Shown: one piece after another, positions 22,079-30,327 of the stretch | Layout: every line of letters starts with the position of its first letter | Numbering within the stretch: position 1 is the first letter of the stretch | Source: Ignisphaera sp. | Lineage (GTDB): Archaea > Thermoproteota > Thermoprotei_A > Sulfolobales > Ignisphaeraceae | DNA: 64,000 bases | Assembly: GCA_038889075.1 (NCBI GenBank) | Contig: JAWAHS010000005.1 | Coordinates: 14,018-78,017, forward strand | Direction: 5' to 3' | Position numbers and translations under genes: made by a program | Notes under the pieces: model-generated | The model's input: only the letters and a program-made list of their open reading frames with translations | The model's database searches: none | What the model was told of the DNA's origin: nothing

Positions 22079-22951
22079 GTGAGCGATTTGCTGAATATCG
22101 ATAAGAAGAGTGCTGGATATCTGGAGGGCTGGATATCTATAGCTGTAAATACTGTTCTGTTTATAGTTAAATATGTTTATGGCACTATGTATAATTCCAT
22201 AGCTGTTGTGGCTGATGCTTTCCATACACTCTCTGATTCACTTACTTCAGCTGTTGTTATTTTCGGTTTCTGGATAAGCTACAGACCAGCTGATAAGGAA
22301 CATCCATTTGGCCATGGTCGGGCAGAGATAGTTGCCTCAATTGCTATAGGTGGTATGCTTGCCATGGTTGGTCTAGAGTTTATACAGAGAAGCACCAGCA
22401 AGCTTCTATCTAGAGAAGGATTTGCATTCAGCTGGATCCTTATAACGGTACTTATCATCTCAACAATAGTTAAAGAGGTTCTGGCCAGATGGGCTGGAAA
22501 TCTCGGATCTAGATACAATGCAGCTTCTCTAATTGCTGATGCATGGCACCATAGAAGCGATGCTATTGCTACAGCCCTTCTAGCTATAGCTATGGCATTC
22601 GGAGGAGGTCTCTGGTGGCTCGATGGAGCTCTAGGTTTAGCAGTTTCAATTCTGATAATCTATACATCACTTAAACTTGTAATTGAGAGTGGTAGCGAGC
22701 TTTTAGGAAGAGGAGCAACAAAACATGAAGAGGATGCTGTGAAGAAGATTATCTACAGCATATCGAGCGATGTAAAGGATGTCCACCATATACATGTACA
22801 TAGATACGGAGACCATGTAGAGATTACACTACACATAAGATTGGATCCAGAAACACCTCTACAGAAAGCTCACGAGATAGCAAGCAAATTGGAGAGAACA
22901 ATTAGGGAAAAATTAGGATGGGAAGCAACAATCCACGTAGAACCAAGCTGA
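22079..22951 (+). CDS. cation diffusion facilitator (FieF-like)
   Basis: 'DAFHTLSD', 'PADKEHPFGHGRAE', 'DAWHHRSD', C-terminal 'IHVEP'. Confidence 0.92.
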   Translation: MSDLLNIDKKSAGYLEGWISIAVNTVLFIVKYVYGTMYNSIAVVADAFHTLSDSLTSAVVIFGFWISYRPADKEHPFGHGRAEIVASIAIGGMLAMVGLEFIQRSTSKLLSREGFAFSWILITVLIISTIVKEVLARWAGNLGSRYNAASLIADAWHHRSDAIATALLAIAMAFGGGLWWLDGALGLAVSILIIYTSLKLVIESGSELLGRGATKHEEDAVKKIIYSISSDVKDVHHIHVHRYGDHVEITLHIRLDPETPLQKAHEIASKLERTIREKLGWEATIHVEPS

Positions 22952-23270
22952 AACAGCTAAACACTCAATGTAAAGAAGTTGGACGAATATCTACGGCTTT
23001 CCAGCATAATTCCATATCTTTCATTACTAGTCGCATCCGATCTCTACAATTTTCCCAATAATGCACATCTAAATGAACCAGAGAATCCATAATATTCTAG
23101 CTATCTAAGATTTCCACCCTACCTCCTTATACGCTCAGAAGAATCTACACCAAGGTACAGCGATATGTATAGAGCTTGCAATTTTCGATGAACATTAGCA
23201 AACTAGTGTTGCGAGCATCGACTACACATTAATAGCATTTTGGACTACGCTCAGCTACACTATTCATAAT

Positions 23271-24032
23271 CTATAGCTTCTCTATTCTTTTTCCATAGAC
23301 AAATCTAATACCATATCTTCTGCATTCTTCTTCAAGGAATGCCGCAATGTCCTCAGATACATTCTCCACCGCCAGCAAAGCCATAAAAACTTTTCTATTG
23401 AACATAGACTCTACAAACTTTATATCCTCTAGAACTTTGTTGAGCTCTTCTCTAGCATTTTCAATACCACCTATGTATGTTGTCACTTCTCCTACAACTA
23501 GGGGATCTCTATTGAATATATCCACTTCCCTCTCGATATCTTTAAATGATAGAACTACATCAACTCTAACATCAATTTTGTCCTCGGGTACGCCACTAGA
23601 TTTAAGGAGTTCTTCAACAAATACAGCTGTATAGTGATCGAGGGTGGTGCCAACAGCTTTAGCAAGAGAACCCATGCCTTTTTCTAATCTATCAATACGT
23701 TTCTCTAAACTGGTTAAATGCTTATCAAATACCCCGAAATCCTTTTTCAAAGCCTTAACCTCCTCCCAAAGCCTATTCTGATTCTCCCACAGCTTCACCA
23801 CATCCTCCCTCAAAGCCTTAACCTCCTCCCAAAGCCTATTCTGATTCTCCCACAGCTTCACCACATCCTCCCTCAAAGCCTTAACCTCCTCCCAAAGCCT
23901 ATTCTGATTCTCAGACAATTTTTCAAGATTCTTTAACAGATCTGAGATCCCTAAATAGCCTACTACAGCGTACCTAAATTCCTCATCCTCCTCCAATAGC
24001 TTTAGGAATTCCTTCTTTAATCTGGTAGACAT
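23271..24032 (-). CDS. coiled-coil repeat protein with degenerate PD-(D/E)XK domain
   Basis: N-terminal 'LKLLEEDEEFRYAV', 21-aa repeats, 'REVDIF...VVGEVTT'. Confidence 0.75.
   Translation of the reverse strand: MSTRLKKEFLKLLEEDEEFRYAVVGYLGISDLLKNLEKLSENQNRLWEEVKALREDVVKLWENQNRLWEEVKALREDVVKLWENQNRLWEEVKALKKDFGVFDKHLTSLEKRIDRLEKGMGSLAKAVGTTLDHYTAVFVEELLKSSGVPEDKIDVRVDVVLSFKDIEREVDIFNRDPLVVGEVTTYIGGIENAREELNKVLEDIKFVESMFNRKVFMALLAVENVSEDIAAFLEEECRRYGIRFVYGKRIEKL
23747..23912. repeat. perfect 63-bp tandem repeat, about 2.6 copies
   Basis: tcaaagccttaacctcctcccaaagcctattctgattctcccacagcttcaccacatcctccc repeated; encodes ENQNRLWEEVKALREDVVKLW. Confidence 0.92.
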
Positions 24033-24258
24033 ACTTTACACATTCACCATATATGTCTACCGGGTTTATAAGGTGAACCACATAAACAATTCCATAATCT
24101 TGCTAGGTACATGTAGGGTAGTGCTGTAATGCTATTTACAAAGGTTATGAAATCTGATGTACAGGAGTTTATAGTAAACAATCGCAGGATTAGTCCAAGA
24201 CTGAAGTGAGCTATACAATGATATTCAACTACTTTCCAACAATTAGAGGCACTATCAT

Positions 24259-25596
24259 CTATGGTAGAAATGGAGGATCGACAGATTCCACTAACTGGGG
24301 TTTGGGTTTCATGTTGGTTGATGTTGTTTGATCTCGACCCTTGGTTTCATTGTCCTCGGGGCACCTTTTCATCGGTGCCCATGTCATCGGTCTCCACCCG
24401 TTCAGGGTAACCCCTACCCACAGCTCCCCCTCATCTAGCTCGAGTTCACAGCTGTGGGGAAACCCCCACATCTTGATGTACTTGAGGTAGATGTTTATGG
24501 ATGCGAGCTTCTGCCTATCCAGTTCGAGACCGCACCTCGGACACTTGAACACCCTGCCCACTCGGGTCTTCACCACACACCCGCATCGTGGGCAGGTTCG
24601 AGAGGTGTTGTGCGGAGAAACCTTAACCACTAGTGCTTTCTCCGAGAGTTTTCTGTGTATTGTTTCCCATGGTGTTCTAGCGTTTCTCTTTCTCCTCTCT
24701 TTATTAGTTCTCTCCCTGGCAACCATGTCCTCTTTCTCGAGGTTTTCGACGACGTGAATAGCGTTGGGGAGTAAGGTGGTTATCTGATTAACGAGCTTGT
24801 TTATGAAGTCCTTCTCCCTGTTCCTCTCTCGTTTAGCGTACTTCTCGAACAGCTCTTTCTTACCAATGGATTGAGCAGTAGCTTTCTTCTTCTCGTAGAC
24901 GGTCTTCAAGCTCTGAAGGTACCTCAAGTCAACCTTGATGAACCCCACACCTGGGGAGTAGCCGTCGATGGATAGCTCGTTCGAATCCCACGCAACAACT
25001 CTCTCAACACTGTAGACCTCGGTCTTCTTGAACGGAATAAGCACTCTATCGTCCTTGAGGATCACTTCACCAACCATACAGCCCTCTACCCTTCTGCTGA
25101 ACCACTTCCCACTCCAGGAAACCTCTAGGTACTCACCCGACTTCAGAGTTATCCTCACCGCTTTCCTCTCGTAGTCGATCTTCATGAGCGTTATCTTACA
25201 TCTTGCGAACCTTCTCTTAATCCTCGGCTTAACCCTCCTAGCTTCTCCACTCAGGTACCTCTTCCTCCAGGACGCGATAATAGAGTACACTGTTCTGATG
25301 ACAGCATCAATCCAATGATTAGCATAAGAACACTCGGTGAGCAAGGTGTTTCTAAGCATCTTCTTGAACTTCCTGTCAACAGGTATCCTTGGGACCTTAA
25401 CCTTGCACCCTACTTTAACACTAATCACTCCTCTTCTTCTGGATAGTTGCGGGAATCTGTACCCCCATGCGATGTTCTCCCATACTATGTCAACTACTTT
25501 CTGAAGCATCTTAGTGTACCATGTTACCAGCTCTTCTACTCTCTCATCTCTTATTGGAATGCTGTACATCCTCACTACTTCACGGGTCTTCAACAA
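24259..25596 (-). CDS. tnpB: TnpB RNA-guided endonuclease of the outer IS607 (alternative start ATG at 25569)
   Basis: RuvC-I 'VAWDSN', RuvC-II 'VVENL', zinc finger CPRCG..CPRCG, RuvC-III 'LDRQKLASINI'. Confidence 0.9.
   Translation of the reverse strand: MLKTREVVRMYSIPIRDERVEELVTWYTKMLQKVVDIVWENIAWGYRFPQLSRRRGVISVKVGCKVKVPRIPVDRKFKKMLRNTLLTECSYANHWIDAVIRTVYSIIASWRKRYLSGEARRVKPRIKRRFARCKITLMKIDYERKAVRITLKSGEYLEVSWSGKWFSRRVEGCMVGEVILKDDRVLIPFKKTEVYSVERVVAWDSNELSIDGYSPGVGFIKVDLRYLQSLKTVYEKKKATAQSIGKKELFEKYAKRERNREKDFINKLVNQITTLLPNAIHVVENLEKEDMVARERTNKERRKRNARTPWETIHRKLSEKALVVKVSPHNTSRTCPRCGCVVKTRVGRVFKCPRCGLELDRQKLASINIYLKYIKMWGFPHSCELELDEGELWVGVTLNGWRPMTWAPMKRCPEDNETKGRDQTTSTNMKPKPQLVESVDPPFLP
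24299..24475 (-). ncRNA. omega RNA scaffold of the outer TnpB (canonical position, overlapping the tnpB 3' end)
   Basis: GC-rich hairpins on the minus strand (tggggg-ttt-ccccaca; gggcacc-gatgaaaa-ggtgccc) running to the element end. Confidence 0.65.
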
Positions 25597-25782
25597 GTTT
25601 TCTCACACCTTCAACCACTTTCTCGTACTTATGACTCCTCATACCGTAGAGCTTTCCAGCGAAGTGAGATATGATGGTGATCAAATCCTCCACGAGCTCC
25701 TCCTTTGGGTCTTTATCCTCGTGGTTTAACACAACCACCTCTACTCCAAATGCTCTAAGGAGTTCTACCAGCGTTTTGAACC
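25580..25782 (-). pseudogene. tnpA: IS607 tnpA, C-terminal fragment
   Basis: Translates FKTLVELLRAFGVEVVVLNHEDKDPKEELVEDLITIISHFAGKLYGMRSHKYEKVVEGVRKLVEDP*; not in the ORF track. Confidence 0.92.
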
Positions 25783-25887
25783 GTTTCCCGCTCTAGGTCT
25801 TTGTAGGCTCTCCTAGGGCGGGTCATCACGGTTTCCCTGAGCCCCCTCCCCACGGTCTGCCATGGGTCTCGGAAACCCAGGGTCACC
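25783..25887 (-). ncRNA. candidate omega RNA transcribed divergently from the nested tnpB
   Basis: GC-rich with several stems (CCCTG/CAGGG, TGGGT/ACCCA, CCCGC/GCGGG, CTAGG/CCTAG); TGATGA box-C-like motif; ends at the element boundary. Confidence 0.6.
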
Positions 25888-25910
25888 AAAACCTTTTTAA
25901 GCACCTAGGG

Positions 25911-25919
25911 GTTTATAAG
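25911..25919. promoter_or_regulatory. candidate bidirectional TATA box (gtttataag)
   Basis: TTTATAA begins 27 nt before the ATG at 25939 (+); TTATAAA begins 31 nt before 25887 (-). Confidence 0.5.
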
Positions 25920-25938
25920 TCTTACGGGTTATACCCCT

Positions 25939-27069
25939 ATGGATTTAGATTACGTAACGATTAGTCTACCTTTCCATGCTACTGGAGATGTGGCGAAGAG
26001 CATTTACTGGACTGCGTGGCTGAGCAAAACGTGTGCTCACAGAGTGCTTGAGCGTGTCAAGGCGAATCCTCTGCTGGCTAAGCTGAGTGAGTACGACTTC
26101 ATCAAGTTCACGAGAGAGCTGTGCTACAGCTTGCTACCGAACAGAAGGTACGTTGACGGAGTAGCAACACTCGTGTACTCGAGTCTTCAGAGTGCTAGGA
26201 AGCTGGGAGTTGATGTATCAAGAGTAGAGCTCAAGCCTTGGCTCTTGTTCCAGAGCGAGGGAGAACCATGGGCTAGAGGAAACCTGAACATACAGTTCAC
26301 GGACTGCAAGACGGTCAGAGTACTGGTTTTCAAAGCAAGCGGTGGAAGCACAAGAGTAGTCGTTAAACCGGTTGTCCCTAAGGGGTACAGTAGACTCGTC
26401 GAAGAGCTCGTTAATAGAGCCATGAGAAAAGAGGTTGGTTACCCAGCCAGACTGTACATCAGGAGCTGTAGTGGAGACCTGGAGCACCTCTACGGCGAGC
26501 TACAGGTCAACGTTAAGTACAGCCTCTACCTGGAGGTCATGAGGAGATTTGATAAACCATTGGGAAACAACGTTGCAGGTGTAGACGTTAACACAGATAG
26601 ATTGAACCTGGTGGTGGTGAACAAGAATGGTGAAATCGTGTGGACACATACAGCCAGGTTTCCTCAAGTGCTGACCAGAGGCTTCCCAAAGAGAAGAGCC
26701 TGGAGCATTGTTGGAGAGAAGATACACGAGGTTCTAAAGCACGCTTACTACCACGGTGCTTCAGCTGTTGCTCTCGAAAACCCAGACGTGATCGGCTACC
26801 TCAGGTACTACTGGGTTAGAAACGGTGAAAGAGGAAGCAGAAACTACAACTACAAGGTAGCCGTGTTCAGAAGCTCGATCATTGAGAGAATAGCGTGGAA
26901 AGCACCGCTCTACGGGTTGAAAACGGTGTACGTAGACCCCAGGGGAACAACCAGTTCACGAGAACACGCGGAAACAATGAAGAAACTGAGACTCGATAAA
27001 CACCCCGCTAGTGCATACCTAATCGCGACAAGAGCTCTAGGCATCCTAGAGAGACCTACAAAAACCTAG
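25939..27069 (+). CDS. tnpB: zinc-finger-less TnpB-like RuvC nuclease
   Basis: RuvC-I 'VAGVDVN', RuvC-II 'VALENP', 'VDPRGTTSS' then RuvC-III 'LDKHPASAYLIA' with no CxxC pairs between them. Confidence 0.82.
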   Translation: MDLDYVTISLPFHATGDVAKSIYWTAWLSKTCAHRVLERVKANPLLAKLSEYDFIKFTRELCYSLLPNRRYVDGVATLVYSSLQSARKLGVDVSRVELKPWLLFQSEGEPWARGNLNIQFTDCKTVRVLVFKASGGSTRVVVKPVVPKGYSRLVEELVNRAMRKEVGYPARLYIRSCSGDLEHLYGELQVNVKYSLYLEVMRRFDKPLGNNVAGVDVNTDRLNLVVVNKNGEIVWTHTARFPQVLTRGFPKRRAWSIVGEKIHEVLKHAYYHGASAVALENPDVIGYLRYYWVRNGERGSRNYNYKVAVFRSSIIERIAWKAPLYGLKTVYVDPRGTTSSREHAETMKKLRLDKHPASAYLIATRALGILERPTKT

Positions 27070-27091
27070 CACACAAAAACAGTTGCCAACC

Positions 27092-27491
27092 CGAACCTGG
27101 TGAGTCTATCTGGGTACGCTACTACGATCTTGGATATCTTCTTCTCGGTTGCAAGTCTCAGTATTCTCTTGAATCCTTTTCTATCCTCGTTGAGACCACT
27201 ACCGATGTCCGTGACGACCTCGTACTTCTCTATGTTGTTCTGCTTAGCCCACTCCTCGAGAACCCTCACCTGTCTCTCGAGATCGTCCCTCTGCGTATGA
27301 GAGGAGGTACGAGCGTAGAGGATAACGGTCTTCGGTTTAACGATACCCATCAGCTTCTCAACGTCTTCCTCTCTGAACCTCCACTTACCACTCTCGAGAA
27401 CAACTGGTTTAATCCAACCTCTCCTAACGTACTCTCTCAGAGTAGTGTAGCTGATACCAAGCTTCTCACAAACCTCCTTTGGTCGAAGCAT
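27092..27491 (-). pseudogene. tnpA: IS607 tnpA, N-terminal fragment (HTH + serine recombinase)
   Basis: GGAGGTG RBS; 'LRPKEVCEKLGISYTTLREY' HTH; 'YARTSS', 'DIGSGLN', 'DRLTRFG'. Confidence 0.93.
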
Positions 27492-27696
27492 TAACACCTC
27501 CAATAATAAAATGATATCAACCCTTGTAAACCTATATGAAACCCGAAACAGTTGCGTGAGGCTGGATATATCTAAGGGATCGATGATAGTATCTTCAAAG
27601 ACCTTGTTACGGAATTCATCCAAGGGTATTGTTAACCACCAAACTCCTGGGTTAGGGTATTTCCATCTAAAATTTGCAAAGATTCTGCACATTCAA

Positions 27697-28716
27697 TTAT
27701 TGAGATGCTATGGGATTGCTCCAAGCTTTACCTCCTTGGAAATCCATAACCTCTACCCGCAGGTATCTACCCCATTTAAATCTATCTACAGTAAGCAGGT
27801 CTATTCCATTACTATCCATAACCGCACTAATCCGGGTTTGGTTCTTGGTAAATACAACTATTGTTCGATTACCCTCTCTAACAATATCGATTTCATCAAC
27901 AACACTCTTGATTTTCTCGACATCACCTATGTTGTTTATTAACCAATCAACATCATCCGAACCTATTGAAAAGCCCTTTCCATTTTCAGAAATCAGTGTT
28001 ATTCTCCTAGCGCTGCATGTAGCTACCTCAATATAGTTACCATCTACCATGAGCTTCTTTATTACAGCTCCTGTACTGGAATAGAATCCGCCACTTCTTA
28101 TAGCTTTAAATACCTCATCTGTATTTAGCTCCCTAAGCAGTAGCACAGTCCATCCACCATCGGCATCAATTGGTGGAAATACATATCTATGTGAATCATC
28201 AACAGCTACTCCCCATACCCTGTAACCAGATGATAATAATGAATCCCAGGATGAAAGGGCGAATCCCTTAGATACCTCTACTTCACAACCATAGTTAAAG
28301 ATCTCCATAGCCGCATAACCTTGAATGGATATCAGATCCTGGTACACCAAGCCACTCCAGTGAGGATGGGCCAAGATAGCTATACCGCCACTTCTATTAA
28401 CGAAATCCATAAGCTCCTGTAGATCACCGATTCTCGCGATACTGTCATCCCCTACCCCTAGTACAACAAGGTGGTAGGGCTCCTCCAATGCACTACGACC
28501 CTTAGAGATTTCCATACCTTGAATAACTAGTGGGTCATCAAAATCTTTCACCTCAATGCGTGTAATTTTATTATGATCTGTTAAAGCTACAACACCGTAT
28601 CCGTGGTTTTTATAGAAGTCAACTACATCCTTTGGTGCAAGTTTACCATCAGAGCTTGTCGAGTGTGTATGTAGAGCTGCTTTAACATGTAGATCCCTAT
28701 CACTAATATGGAGCAC
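27697..28716 (-). CDS. PHP-domain metallohydrolase (CehA/McbA-like)
   Basis: 'LHTHSTSSDG', 'TDHN', 'AHPHW', 'DDSH'. Confidence 0.85.
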   Translation of the reverse strand: MLHISDRDLHVKAALHTHSTSSDGKLAPKDVVDFYKNHGYGVVALTDHNKITRIEVKDFDDPLVIQGMEISKGRSALEEPYHLVVLGVGDDSIARIGDLQELMDFVNRSGGIAILAHPHWSGLVYQDLISIQGYAAMEIFNYGCEVEVSKGFALSSWDSLLSSGYRVWGVAVDDSHRYVFPPIDADGGWTVLLLRELNTDEVFKAIRSGGFYSSTGAVIKKLMVDGNYIEVATCSARRITLISENGKGFSIGSDDVDWLINNIGDVEKIKSVVDEIDIVREGNRTIVVFTKNQTRISAVMDSNGIDLLTVDRFKWGRYLRVEVMDFQGGKAWSNPIASQ

Positions 28717-29106
28717 GATACCACACCACTACACCTTACTTATATAATCCAACAATAAAAATCCATATAATAGTGGATACCGGATATCTATTGAGATATG
28801 CATATGTTCCGTACGATCAACCATCCCTATACTTTTCAATCTAACTTTCAATTTAACTTGGAAACCTTATCCATACCTAGTAAAAGATATCCCCCTTGTA
28901 ATAATCTAAAGCTTACAAAGTTTATACCGTAGTCTTTCCATGGGTTTTGGATAAACCAATACGTTTGTTTACGATAGTGTACAGCTAAGAATTTGCAAAT
29001 CTTTGAAAAGTTGGGTAAAAATTATCGTGTGTAGTAAGTATAGCTCTAAAGGATCCCAACATTTAATATATCAATCGCGCCTACTTTATCAATTAAATAA
29101 CCATTG

Positions 29107-30126
29107 TCATCCTTCTTTACTTCTACCAAGCTTACTATACAGCTCTTTCTCTACCTTAGCTAACTTGGATTCGAGCAGATGTCTGTGTACTTTTTTAAGT
29201 ACTGGATATCCGAGCATCTGTTCCAATGTAAATTCTTTAGCAAACTCACCACTTAGAATTTCCCTTGCAGCTAATCTGATTTTTTCTCTAAGATCCTCTG
29301 TAAGGTACCGCTGTAATCTAGTAAGATGTCCATACTGGCTTGTTCTCGAATGCAATTTTAGCTGTTCGAATAACCCTAGCTCAGACATATGTTTTGCAAC
29401 CTCTGCTAACTCTCCAGAAGCATAGAGTTCGAGTATTGCAGCTTCTGGAGATACACCGAATTCCTCAGTTACAACCTCAAAGTATGCCATAAATGCAGCT
29501 ATTAGAAGTGGAGACCATGTCTGCTCTGTTAAAAGATCTACTAGAGTCTCTTCATCAAAACTCGATTTTACAGCCACCCCACCTGGTCTTCCGATGGCTC
29601 CAATACCCTTTGCAATAGCTTTTGCATATTCCCAAGCCCTTCCCGAAGCATCTCTAGCTACACCTAGCAACACAGGGTATCCTCTGCCCTGTTTATGGAG
29701 ATCTAGAATTCCTGCACCAATCATCCTAGGAGCAACCATTATTGTATCTGTATTAGATGGCGGTTCTATAAAACCATAGGCTACGTTGTATCCGCTTGCA
29801 AAAACCAGTAGATAGAAAGATTTGTCCCTTGCATAGGGTTCTATCCTCTCGTAGAACACCTTGGGAGCAATCTCATCGGGCAGTAGAACGGCTATTATAT
29901 CAGCTCTCTTAGTAGCTTCTTCAATAGAGTACGTTTCGAATCCAGCTTGTATAGCAGCATCGAAAGCAGCATCTCTAATATTTCCAACTATAACATGTAC
30001 ACCGCTATCCCTTAAGATGGTGGCCCAGGCTCTACCCTGGTTACCGAAACCTATGATAGCAAAAGTTCTGTCTTTAATTAAATTCAGATCTCCATCAAAG
30101 TACAGCTCTGCCACAGAAATCGCCAT
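29107..30126 (-). CDS. ketol-acid reductoisomerase-like protein (divergent IlvC paralogue)
   Basis: 'IIGFGNQGRAWA..LRDSG', 'LLPDE', 'MVAPR', 'EETLVDLLTEQ'. Confidence 0.8.
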   Translation of the reverse strand: MAISVAELYFDGDLNLIKDRTFAIIGFGNQGRAWATILRDSGVHVIVGNIRDAAFDAAIQAGFETYSIEEATKRADIIAVLLPDEIAPKVFYERIEPYARDKSFYLLVFASGYNVAYGFIEPPSNTDTIMVAPRMIGAGILDLHKQGRGYPVLLGVARDASGRAWEYAKAIAKGIGAIGRPGGVAVKSSFDEETLVDLLTEQTWSPLLIAAFMAYFEVVTEEFGVSPEAAILELYASGELAEVAKHMSELGLFEQLKLHSRTSQYGHLTRLQRYLTEDLREKIRLAAREILSGEFAKEFTLEQMLGYPVLKKVHRHLLESKLAKVEKELYSKLGRSKEG

Positions 30127-30327
30127 AGATATTTGTATCCGAATATACTTAAATACCTATAGGAATCCATAGCCCTACCAACCCAGCCTTTCCCTCAACT
30201 AAATATTATAACACGCACTCTTACTATTCTATGATAGGAATTACTTAGCATCTAGTACATACTTCTCCTGGAAAACTGCTATGCTTTTACAGCTATTCAA
30301 AAATTTTAGAGAATACCCAATTTCTAT

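Larger units (their letters stand above)
25783..27091. mobile_element. nested non-autonomous tnpB-only element, 1309 bp
   Basis: AACC at both junctions (25779-25782 and 27088-27091); removal restores tnpA in frame; imperfect subterminal inverted repeats ctaggtctttgtaggctctcctagg / cctagagagacctacaaaaacctag. Confidence 0.9.
24299..27561 (-). mobile_element. IS607-family element (tnpA + tnpB) interrupted by a nested element
   Basis: Serine-recombinase tnpA then tnpB; GGGTTTCAT motifs in inverted orientation near both ends; about 1.95 kb once the insert is removed; ends approximate to a few bp. Confidence 0.85.

Noticed and set aside
23747-23912. Tandem repeats as a CRISPR array
   Set aside because: Units are contiguous with no unique spacers and lie in frame within a CDS; no cas genes nearby.
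27066-27692. 208-aa ORF as an intact transposase
   Set aside because: The real start is 27491 (RBS), the upstream part crosses the IS end, and the tail LATVFVC comes from the nested element.
28832-28866. ctttcaat...gaaac resembling an archaeal CRISPR repeat
   Set aside because: No regularly spaced copies; most likely chance in AT-rich DNA.
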